Positions 50,222-58,583 of a DNA stretch of 64,000 nucleotides are shown in pieces. This stretch comes from a virus (taxonomy: Duplodnaviria; Caudoviricetes), in the IMG/VR virus record IMGVR_UViG_3300013280_000005, positions 1 through 64,000 of that record; one strand, written 5' to 3'. Every line of letters begins with the position of its first letter. The stretch's first letter is position 1. The notes under the pieces were generated by a model. That model had not been told where the DNA came from and ran no database searches. It saw only the letters and a program-made list of their open reading frames with translations. A program made the position numbers and the translations under genes.

Positions 50222-50583
50222 GGGGCTTGCCTTATAAAATCTAGTACAAATCTAGTCGCAGAGTCTGGGTTTACAATCTCAGGACGTTTATACACTGGAA
50301 AACTTCTAACAACTTCCTTCACATTATTTCTAGCCCATTCAAGTTCCACATCTAAACTATCTGACTTACGTTTCATAATAGAGTATGCACTATCTTTATG
50401 TGCTATCTCAATTCGTAAAGAATCAATTTGCCGAAGTTGCCTTTCAACGAAAAGTTTATCATTGTAATTTTCATACAGATACACTGAAATTGCTCCCAAC
50501 GCAAAGCACACAATGTACCAAAACCAAGAGGTCTTAGTAACCATTGTTAACTTTGTTATTACGTCCTTCACAGTATTATTCAT
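50218..50583 (-). CDS. TM-anchored coiled-coil protein; i-spanin-like candidate
   Basis: N-terminal TM then QIDSLR...KSDSL coiled coil; motif at 50606-50613. Confidence 0.5.
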   Translation of the reverse strand: MNNTVKDVITKLTMVTKTSWFWYIVCFALGAISVYLYENYNDKLFVERQLRQIDSLRIEIAHKDSAYSIMKRKSDSLDVELEWARNNVKEVVRSFPVYKRPEIVNPDSATRFVLDFIRQAP

Positions 50584-50621
50584 GTCAAAAGCCTTCCTTT
50601 GTTACTATAAATAGTTGTATA

Positions 50622-52397
50622 TCACTGCAAAAGGTTGAATTTTTGCAACGGAGTGAAGATAACGTTACCCCTACTGACAGTATCATTTACAGTTGTTGTA
50701 GTGATAAAGGCATTAACATTCTGGAATTGTGGGGGGAATTTTCCACCATACCATCTGTCTAGATACTTACGCAATGAGTCAGTAACCACACTACTCAATC
50801 CTCTACGGAACGGGTCTCGCATCAATTCTATAGCACGAAGTTTAGGAGACACTATAACATCAGAGTAGATAGAGTTCTTACTCTTCACCGTATCGGTATA
50901 TGAGTATAGTATCCGCTCACCTATTGCCGTAGGAAGTGATAGCTGACTCCCTAGGAAACCTTTATCTTGTGCTAAGTTGTCAAGTTTAACAACTACTGCA
51001 AACTTAAAAGCCTCATCTCCATCATTAAGAACTACCACATTTTCATGCAATTCAATTACTAGCTGAAGGTATGCTGTGTTCGTTCTGTTGAAATCTATCA
51101 CTAATCCAAATGGGTTATCGACGTCTAATACAGATTTTACGTCACTAACAAGCGCGTCTGTTACTGCTAAAGGAGCATTTGAATATTGCGATGAACTTGA
51201 CGTTGTACCGCTAGGGGAAGATGACGCTGAAGAACCACCTCCACCTTGTGTTTGGTTGGATGTTTGGGGGTTAGTAGATGAACTCCCCGCAGATGTCGAC
51301 CCAATACCTCCAGACGTCTGACCACTAGCTGTTCCAAGTTGTCCAGAACTAGTTCCGCTAGTTCCTCGTATGGGACCCGAGGGAGTCTGATTCGTACCCC
51401 CCGTCTGACCACCAGAGTTTCCAGAAGTTCCGCTCCCCCCTTGTCCACCACTACCTCCAACATCATCATCTTTTTTACCGTCTCCATCTTTGTCAAGTAA
51501 TTTTGATATTGGAATATTTGGAAACGGAATATTCAACAATGTAAACCATGGAATAGGTGGCCCTGGAATCGGAGATGGGAAGAACGGTATTATTCCCGTA
51601 TACAACCCCATGATGGTGAACTGATGGAACATACACGAATTTGATAATTTTCGGACAGCTTCGTCAGTCCTCTTTGATATGGTGAATGAGCTAGCTAAAT
51701 CAGAATTTAATGGTATTGGAGTCCCTGGGAAGATTACAGTTGTCCCAACAGTTGGTGCTATACAAGGTGGCATAGGCGGGACGGGTGAGATTGTAGATGT
51801 CAGCCAATACAAACAGAAGCCAGTTGCCATCAATAGATATGCAATTGACTTCAAGTCCACACTCTTCATTATTCCTTCAAACTTTTTTATCTTCTTGAAG
51901 ATTCCCGATGGATTACTTCCACCTTTCTTTATATCGGCAAAGATAACTTCAGATAGTGCTTTGAGTGATGTACCTATGAACGTAAGTTGCGGCGGTAAAG
52001 ATGCCTGAAGTTCTGCTAATGCAAGGTCGGATGCCGCCTTATACACCACGAACTGAGGGTGTTGTGGGTTTCCAGCTAAAATTTTCATATACCCAGCAAC
52101 CTTACCAACAGTTGATTGCGCCTTACCACCATAGAGATTTACCATCATTCCTAGTTCAAGAAACAATTTGAGTATATCTTTATTTGCATTAATTAGTGGT
52201 GCTCCAAACGGAGTTGTTGTCTGCCCAACATTTGAAATATGATATGCTGTCGCAATATGATCAGCACCCTCTGAAAGAGAAAGTGGTATATGCGAAGTCC
52301 ATATTGGTGTAAGGTAGTTGGCAAACGCCTCTGCATTCATAACATCATTCTTCCCATCTACTGACATTTCCACTGTACTCTGAGCCGTCTGGTTCAT
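50622..52397 (-). CDS. Hypothetical structural protein with Pro-rich segments and a Gly/Ser/Thr linker
   Basis: PVPPMPPCIAP, IPGPPIPW, GTSG-rich linker. Confidence 0.65.
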   Translation of the reverse strand: MNQTAQSTVEMSVDGKNDVMNAEAFANYLTPIWTSHIPLSLSEGADHIATAYHISNVGQTTTPFGAPLINANKDILKLFLELGMMVNLYGGKAQSTVGKVAGYMKILAGNPQHPQFVVYKAASDLALAELQASLPPQLTFIGTSLKALSEVIFADIKKGGSNPSGIFKKIKKFEGIMKSVDLKSIAYLLMATGFCLYWLTSTISPVPPMPPCIAPTVGTTVIFPGTPIPLNSDLASSFTISKRTDEAVRKLSNSCMFHQFTIMGLYTGIIPFFPSPIPGPPIPWFTLLNIPFPNIPISKLLDKDGDGKKDDDVGGSGGQGGSGTSGNSGGQTGGTNQTPSGPIRGTSGTSSGQLGTASGQTSGGIGSTSAGSSSTNPQTSNQTQGGGGSSASSSPSGTTSSSSQYSNAPLAVTDALVSDVKSVLDVDNPFGLVIDFNRTNTAYLQLVIELHENVVVLNDGDEAFKFAVVVKLDNLAQDKGFLGSQLSLPTAIGERILYSYTDTVKSKNSIYSDVIVSPKLRAIELMRDPFRRGLSSVVTDSLRKYLDRWYGGKFPPQFQNVNAFITTTTVNDTVSRGNVIFTPLQKFNLLQ

Positions 52398-52689
52398 CTA
52401 GCTCAGTAACACTGTTATCGGTGTAGAAATGTTCTTCACTATATGTTTTGCTACGACGCCTGTCCATATATCTCTTTGCAAACTTTTCAGATGCAACGGA
52501 ACATACAGTCGTCATAACGATAAAAGAAAATCCTTCAAACAAATATTCGGGTACATTTTTTTCTAGAAAAATCGCCGAGTATGCCATTGCTATCATAACT
52601 AAAAATGACATGAACATCAAAACTCGTTTAGAAGACAGTTCACCTTCCGAACCATTAAGTGTCTCCCTGATTCCTCTCTTGGTTTTCAC
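52345..52689 (-). CDS. Two-TM small membrane protein, holin-like candidate
   Basis: GGAG + GTG at 52689; SSKR followed by two hydrophobic helices and a charged tail. Confidence 0.5.
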   Translation of the reverse strand: MKTKRGIRETLNGSEGELSSKRVLMFMSFLVMIAMAYSAIFLEKNVPEYLFEGFSFIVMTTVCSVASEKFAKRYMDRRRSKTYSEEHFYTDNSVTELDEPDGSEYSGNVSRWEE

Positions 52690-53305
52690 TACTACTCTCC
52701 GTATTATTACCCAACTGCTCATCAATCGCCTTGATGAAGTTGTTCTTAAACTCTTCAAACTCGTTGTCAATTTTCTGAAGAAGTTCCTCTTTTGTTTTAG
52801 CCGCATCCCACTTCTCCACGTCACCAAATTCATTAACAAATTCTACCTTTGACAATTCTTCTGCTATGCGCACTTTATCTGTTTCAGCTTCCCGCAACCA
52901 TGATAACGCGTTCTCTTTCAAAAGTCCATTTTCATATTCATCCCATTTACCAGCCAACTTAATACGATGCTCCATTGTGATTACACAATCAAAACACAGG
53001 CCTTTCAACGCCTTCATCTTCTCGTCAAGTTTGTTAGGAAACGTACATGTACATTCTTGCTTCTGGCAATTTGGAAATGCACGTAAATGTTGATGTAATT
53101 CTTGTTGCCAATCTTTTCCTAGTTTTAATTTGTATCCTTCTTTCTGCTCCCATTCATTCCCATCCTCATCGGTCCAGCGATCGCCTACATTTCTAATGGT
53201 AGTATCCTTAGCTTCAGATGGAACTGATACTTGTATACGCGTCTGAGATTCGTGCTCTCCGCGCATAAGTTTTTCAACATCCTTTATACCATCAATTTTT
53301 ATCAT
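52655..53305 (-). CDS. Hypothetical protein with a Cys cluster
   Basis: VGDRWTDEDGNEWEQKEG, CQKQECTC...CFDC. Confidence 0.7.
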   Translation of the reverse strand: MIKIDGIKDVEKLMRGEHESQTRIQVSVPSEAKDTTIRNVGDRWTDEDGNEWEQKEGYKLKLGKDWQQELHQHLRAFPNCQKQECTCTFPNKLDEKMKALKGLCFDCVITMEHRIKLAGKWDEYENGLLKENALSWLREAETDKVRIAEELSKVEFVNEFGDVEKWDAAKTKEELLQKIDNEFEEFKNNFIKAIDEQLGNNTESSSENQERNQGDT

Positions 53306-53332
53306 AACAAACCTTAAACAAAACGTAAAACA

Positions 53333-55573
53333 TTACTTGATTAAAAGACCCATCACGTCAATCAGATTCGGAAACGTACCCGACAACTTAGATTTAACTC
53401 CACCTAACTTATAAATTATACCAGTAGTTGGTATAATCGCCTTAATCCCGCCAATACTCTGTATCTTCTTAAAGAAGTCAACAACTAACTTCAAGTCTCC
53501 AACATTCTTGGTTGACGATAGTTTTCGTATTACTGTCTCAAGTTCTCTACTCAATCGCAACACTTTACTCGTTTGGTTGACCGATAAGAACGCATCAAGA
53601 TTTACTGCCATCTCCCGACCAACATCTATTACAATGCGCTCAAGTGGAACTACATTCTTCTTTTGCTGTTGCTCAAGTTCCTGCTGCTCATAGCGAGTAG
53701 CCCATTCTTTCACAGATTGATCAGATAAATTTTTCAATTGTTGTGTCTTATCACCGCGAACCCATCGATTTAACAGAATATCTAAGTCCATTGGATGAAG
53801 CGTATCCACTAGATTTCTAACCTTGCTCTGTATGAATTTCCTCCACCATCGCTCGTTCCACGTAATCAACGTATCTGTATCTCTACATGACATTTTTGAC
53901 ATGAACACATTCAATGCATTCGTAAACTGCGGAACTCTTGCTTGAAACTTTGGAGATTTGCGACTCATCATTATTTGAGGAGGTTTTACTTGAAATACCT
54001 TTGAGGTATTACGCATAACATCTTTGACTAGCGCAGTAATATGAGATGGCACAGTAGTGACCCTGTTTGTAAGTTCACCAGTATCATTAAATGTCTCAGA
54101 TGCCCCAACAGAAATTTTAAGTCCATCGTAATCTATCATCTCATCGGTGCGAATTGCGGTTATCTCCATCACTAACCAAGTCGTCCCATCGTTAAATGTT
54201 TGCCCACGCCTTGCCTCAGACATTCGCATAAGAAGGTCACGAATCTCATAACAAGCAAAGACAAACTCATCAGTTCTAGGAAACGACTTAACGTACTGAG
54301 CAATAGTTATTCCACCCTTCTTTATCTCAAACTTATTTGTTGCTACGAATACATTTTTCCCGCGCATGGTTAAATGAAACTTAGTAACTATAGGAGAAGA
54401 TGGCCCATACGTCTGAATTGTCATATTTGCGTCTAACCCACTAATCATCCATTGCTTTATTTCACCAAACGATATGTTTTGGTCTACAAATGGATACATC
54501 TCGCGACTAGTAAGTATTCCTTCAGTTATAGTGTGCAACTTACGTACAGCCGTGTTCTCAGTAGAATCAAACGAAGATGGCAATACATTTATTCCATACT
54601 TCTTTCCCAACTTAACAATCAGCGGGATGAGCAGTTCGGATGCTGGCATAGGAGCTGCGGCAATAGTACCCAATCCAACAAGTTTTAACGTATCAACGAA
54701 ACTTTTCTTGAATTGTTCACGTTCATCATCAGTAATAGACCCATGTTTGATCCATTTATAGATGATTGGCATTACCGCCTTAGCATCCCCATATTGAGTC
54801 TTCATGGCGGATACGATTTTCTTAAACTGTTCCTTTGAAATGTTTTTTATCGCCGTTAGCGAAGACTTCCCTTCAGATTCTTCTTTAAGTTTAGCTCGAT
54901 CTGAATTAATGACGCTCATAATACTATTGAACACGTTAGCATCAAACCACCCAAAGACTTCCATAAAACGTTCTTTCAAGACAGACAACTTTACAGTTCT
55001 ATCTGAAAGAAATTTCATGGTAGATTCCGCCGATAGTAACTCACCCGATGAGAGTTTAATGCGCACTTTCGGTATGTGCATGATATAAACATATGGATTA
55101 TCATGATCCTTGAATGGCATACGTGTAGTTTTATTGAACCGCATAACTCTTCTGTTCGCCATCATTATGGAAGTCTCTAACGAGCTGTCATTACTAAGCG
55201 CGTATATAATGGCGGTGTCAGACGGGTCTAAATCAGCAAAAATTTCTTTAGCGTCATACAGCTTCTTCACCGTCTTTACGTTCTGGTATTTGATGTCCTT
55301 AAATCCAGCTACTATCTTCTTCTTTACTTCAATAGGTAACTTCTTAGTAGAATCATTAACATCATTAGTCATGATAACAAACACTGACTCTCTACCAAAC
55401 TTGTTAACTAACCACTGATACTCCTTCTGGTTTTCAATGGTAAATGGTTGGAAATCTCCAGAGTACAGAACCACGGTGTTCTTTGCCTTGTTTGACGATG
55501 ATGCATCTTCATCAAAGATGGATAATCTCAATTCATTTAATATTTCGGCAGTAAGTTGTTGCATCAATTTCAC
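53333..55573 (-). CDS. Large protein with a degenerate cytidylyltransferase-like N-terminal domain
   Basis: VVLYSGDFQPFTIENQ aligns to the G.FQP.HxGH motif but lacks the His residues. Confidence 0.6.
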   Translation of the reverse strand: MKLMQQLTAEILNELRLSIFDEDASSSNKAKNTVVLYSGDFQPFTIENQKEYQWLVNKFGRESVFVIMTNDVNDSTKKLPIEVKKKIVAGFKDIKYQNVKTVKKLYDAKEIFADLDPSDTAIIYALSNDSSLETSIMMANRRVMRFNKTTRMPFKDHDNPYVYIMHIPKVRIKLSSGELLSAESTMKFLSDRTVKLSVLKERFMEVFGWFDANVFNSIMSVINSDRAKLKEESEGKSSLTAIKNISKEQFKKIVSAMKTQYGDAKAVMPIIYKWIKHGSITDDEREQFKKSFVDTLKLVGLGTIAAAPMPASELLIPLIVKLGKKYGINVLPSSFDSTENTAVRKLHTITEGILTSREMYPFVDQNISFGEIKQWMISGLDANMTIQTYGPSSPIVTKFHLTMRGKNVFVATNKFEIKKGGITIAQYVKSFPRTDEFVFACYEIRDLLMRMSEARRGQTFNDGTTWLVMEITAIRTDEMIDYDGLKISVGASETFNDTGELTNRVTTVPSHITALVKDVMRNTSKVFQVKPPQIMMSRKSPKFQARVPQFTNALNVFMSKMSCRDTDTLITWNERWWRKFIQSKVRNLVDTLHPMDLDILLNRWVRGDKTQQLKNLSDQSVKEWATRYEQQELEQQQKKNVVPLERIVIDVGREMAVNLDAFLSVNQTSKVLRLSRELETVIRKLSSTKNVGDLKLVVDFFKKIQSIGGIKAIIPTTGIIYKLGGVKSKLSGTFPNLIDVMGLLIK

Positions 55574-56025
55574 TCCGGCTTAGTGGGCCATATAACATCA
55601 TTCGGTGTTAACGCATTTGTAATGTCTCTGAGTGCTTGACGGTATGTTGCCCACTCATTTCTTTTTTGGGTTGTCAATGGCGCATCGTTCAATTGTGTCC
55701 AATCGGAATCCGTCAATAATTGATTTCGATTAAATCTGATAGTTGCCCAGTGCGATTCAGTTTCGGATTCCAATTCTTCTAAAGTTTTTTCTCTTACTTG
55801 CTTGTATTCCACAACGCGATCTGATTCAATTTCCCAAGTAGATTCAATGTAGATTTCATTATCCGCCTTCTCACCCCATACGACGTGAACTGGATACCAA
55901 CCCAATTCTAGTAGATCGGTTAAAGGTAAAACATTAAAGTTAGATATGTTATTCCAACTTAATGGTAGACCGCGCGGGGGAAGTTGTATCTCCCCATTTT
56001 CTATGTAAACAAATCTAGTACTCAT
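55570..56025 (-). CDS. Tail fibre assembly chaperone-like protein
   Basis: RNQLLTDSDWTQLNDAP...WATYRQALRDIT...VIWPTKP; motif at 56029-56036. Confidence 0.85.
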   Translation of the reverse strand: MSTRFVYIENGEIQLPPRGLPLSWNNISNFNVLPLTDLLELGWYPVHVVWGEKADNEIYIESTWEIESDRVVEYKQVREKTLEELESETESHWATIRFNRNQLLTDSDWTQLNDAPLTTQKRNEWATYRQALRDITNALTPNDVIWPTKPE

Positions 56026-56046
56026 ACCTATAAATATGAGTAAATC

Positions 56047-56949
56047 TTACGTTCCAAAGAAATCCCGCATGTTATCTAGCATTGAACCAGTTGAAGTAAC
56101 CAAATTGGAACCACTCCAATAAATTATCTCTTGCATAGTATGACTACGCCTAGACGCGGAGTCTCCCTCTTCAAAACTACCAATTATAACGGGGTATGAC
56201 CCTGGATTTGCGTTACCATGAGTTCCAGTCTCAGTGGTGTTTGAACTGTTCTCGGATTTTGTCATACTAAAAACATTTCCAGTAACAATATTGACCATAG
56301 TATATAAAGTCTCTTCGTTAGCGGTAAATGCACAAGTATTAACATACCGCCACGTTCCATCATAAAACCCCGTAGACGAAGCAACATCACCGTATGCAAT
56401 TCCAAACGTTACCCCTGGAAACTGAAAGAACGGCGCATTAACTCTATTGGTTCCACCACTTGACTTAAATGAAGATACACCCGAGATTGACCATGCTTGA
56501 CTCGATCCTATTAAGTCAAGTGCTCTAGTACCAACATAATCACCAGTTAGGTGTTCAACTGATATGAACAATAATGCCGCCCTACCTTCAGTCCCATCAG
56601 TTTGTAAAGAACCAGTGTCAACTATTCTAGGCTGCCTAGTAGCAAGAGATTGAGTTGCATGATTAGCATTACCAGATTGATCATACCAAGCAGATATATA
56701 CCCGTTTGAACTTCCAACAAATGATGTTATAGCACTAACATCAAGATATCCTGAACTATCAAAGCCAATGTCTTCCTCAGAATTATCATTTGCACGACGA
56801 ACGCGCAGACAACTTCCAGTATATGAATCTGTCAACTTACGCACTGAATATGCGAACATAGGCTGTGGCAACTCCAACTCATCAATCATAAGCGTTGGAT
56901 TTGATACGGATGCGTTTCTTCGCAATATTATGTCTTTAGCTAATGGCAT
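56047..56949 (-). CDS. ConA/arabinofuranosidase-B-like lectin-fold virion protein
   Basis: AYSVRKL, YTGSCLRVRR, DIGF, WYDQSGNANHATQ; ATG 56949 overlaps the upstream stop. Confidence 0.7.
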   Translation of the reverse strand: MPLAKDIILRRNASVSNPTLMIDELELPQPMFAYSVRKLTDSYTGSCLRVRRANDNSEEDIGFDSSGYLDVSAITSFVGSSNGYISAWYDQSGNANHATQSLATRQPRIVDTGSLQTDGTEGRAALLFISVEHLTGDYVGTRALDLIGSSQAWSISGVSSFKSSGGTNRVNAPFFQFPGVTFGIAYGDVASSTGFYDGTWRYVNTCAFTANEETLYTMVNIVTGNVFSMTKSENSSNTTETGTHGNANPGSYPVIIGSFEEGDSASRRSHTMQEIIYWSGSNLVTSTGSMLDNMRDFFGT

Positions 56950-57368
56950 TAGATATCTTGTGCACCCGTAAATGCGTACCAACTTGTACCACCGTCTTTT
57001 GAAAAGAACGAAAATACATCAGAACTTCCACTAGTACTCGTCAACGTCGGGGCAGTATCACTTGCCCATCGAACCGAACTACCCCATGATACAGTTCTCG
57101 GAGTGCCGTCGGCTGTTAGAATCAAAGTGAATCCCCGAAGTTTTCCAACTCCAGAAGAGCCACTTACTTGAAATGAATTTATGTTAGCTGTTAGTGGTAC
57201 GTCAAAAACACTACCAGATGTTAAATTCAATATCAACGTGTTGGAAGCTATTGTCCGTATAACAACATTTTCATCAAATTGCTGAAATGTGCCACCGACT
57301 ACAGTTCCAACATGTGTACTGCCAGTTACTTGTAATGAACCAGTTACTTGATGTCCATGACTCTTCAT
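56949..57368 (-). CDS. Tail-fibre-related protein
   Basis: FTLILTADGTPRTVSWGSSVRW...PTLT...DVFSF..DGGTSWY resembles fibre C-terminal modules. Confidence 0.65.
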   Translation of the reverse strand: MKSHGHQVTGSLQVTGSTHVGTVVGGTFQQFDENVVIRTIASNTLILNLTSGSVFDVPLTANINSFQVSGSSGVGKLRGFTLILTADGTPRTVSWGSSVRWASDTAPTLTSTSGSSDVFSFFSKDGGTSWYAFTGAQDI

Positions 57369-57383
57369 GTGTTACTCATAAAA

Positions 57384-58583
57384 TTACGAAAATGTTATAC
57401 TACCGCCTAGAGTTGATTGAGAACCCGTTGGGATAAGCATATAGGTACTAACCATAATCTCATCATTCGGAATGTCGTTGTGGTATGCAACGTTATAGCT
57501 ACCCGAAAATCTAGGAGAGCATATTAACCACTTTATACCAGTGGTATATGCAGAGTCAGTTAACCTAGTTTCAGTACTCCACGTTGATCCAGTATCATCC
57601 GTCCATTTATAATAAATATTGTTTGCACCTAACCACGTTTCAGACCCAGCAGAATTTCCAGCATAAAAGACATACCACCTAGATGAATTAGTATCTATAC
57701 CAACCGCACATCCTCCCTGGTCATCAACACTATTCAACACCACGTTGGTCTTCTCAGTTATTGTAGTGTCATCTACTAACCAACAGCGTAAGTCTGCGTT
57801 AGCGGTGTCGACCGCACTCCAAGCTACTAATACATTTCTACTATTAGCTAAATCTGGCACAGCCGCAAAATTAGGGAATGACGTTGATTGCGCCTGCTCA
57901 ACCATACCAGTTGATATACTAGTCTCAGTCCAAGTATTGGCAGAATCATCGTAGCGTTTAACACTTATTTCATCAGCACTCACGTCCCAAAAGAACAACT
58001 GTAAATCTTGAGCATCGGCATTATATCCTGGCATGAGAATCCACATATCAGCCGCTGCCTCAGTCGGATCGGCTGCTGGATTCCACGTTGAGCCAGTATC
58101 CGTTGAACGTACAAATCCATCTTCAGTACCACCATCAATATTGTATGCAATTCCAAGATTTCCACCACGCGCTCTGCAAATAGACAGTGCACCGTTTGCC
58201 GCCGTGGAAGCACCAGCAAACGCTATAACAGCAGTAGCTAATGAATCAACACTAGCACTAGTTTGTAATCTCCTATACGTGACGTCATCTGCTGCGGACT
58301 CTGACCAGCATATATGTACGAAGTCATCATTTATTCCGCTCCACCTATCGTACCAAACAGATAATTGTGTAGCAGTTATGGCACCAGATACCGTCACTGG
58401 AATGCCCCATGTCATTCCACCATTAAACGATTTTCTATAATATATGTCACCGTCAGTTGCTATGTAAAACAAGTACAACGCCCCATTACTAGCACTGACT
58501 ATATATTGAGTTCCAGCACCATTCCACTGTGTAATACCAGAGGTCTGAGCTGCTTGGACGCTACCAGTAATGACTATAGCCAT
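57384..58583 (-). CDS. Asp-box (BNR) beta-propeller, sialidase-like fold protein
   Basis: KSFNGGMTW, RSTDTGSTW, WTDDTGSTW Asp-box motifs. Confidence 0.7.
   Translation of the reverse strand: MAIVITGSVQAAQTSGITQWNGAGTQYIVSASNGALYLFYIATDGDIYYRKSFNGGMTWGIPVTVSGAITATQLSVWYDRWSGINDDFVHICWSESAADDVTYRRLQTSASVDSLATAVIAFAGASTAANGALSICRARGGNLGIAYNIDGGTEDGFVRSTDTGSTWNPAADPTEAAADMWILMPGYNADAQDLQLFFWDVSADEISVKRYDDSANTWTETSISTGMVEQAQSTSFPNFAAVPDLANSRNVLVAWSAVDTANADLRCWLVDDTTITEKTNVVLNSVDDQGGCAVGIDTNSSRWYVFYAGNSAGSETWLGANNIYYKWTDDTGSTWSTETRLTDSAYTTGIKWLICSPRFSGSYNVAYHNDIPNDEIMVSTYMLIPTGSQSTLGGSITFS

Noticed and set aside
52690-52839. Long overlap of ORF 52345..52839 with 52655..53305
   Set aside because: Better explained by a later GTG start at 52689 with a GGAG RBS
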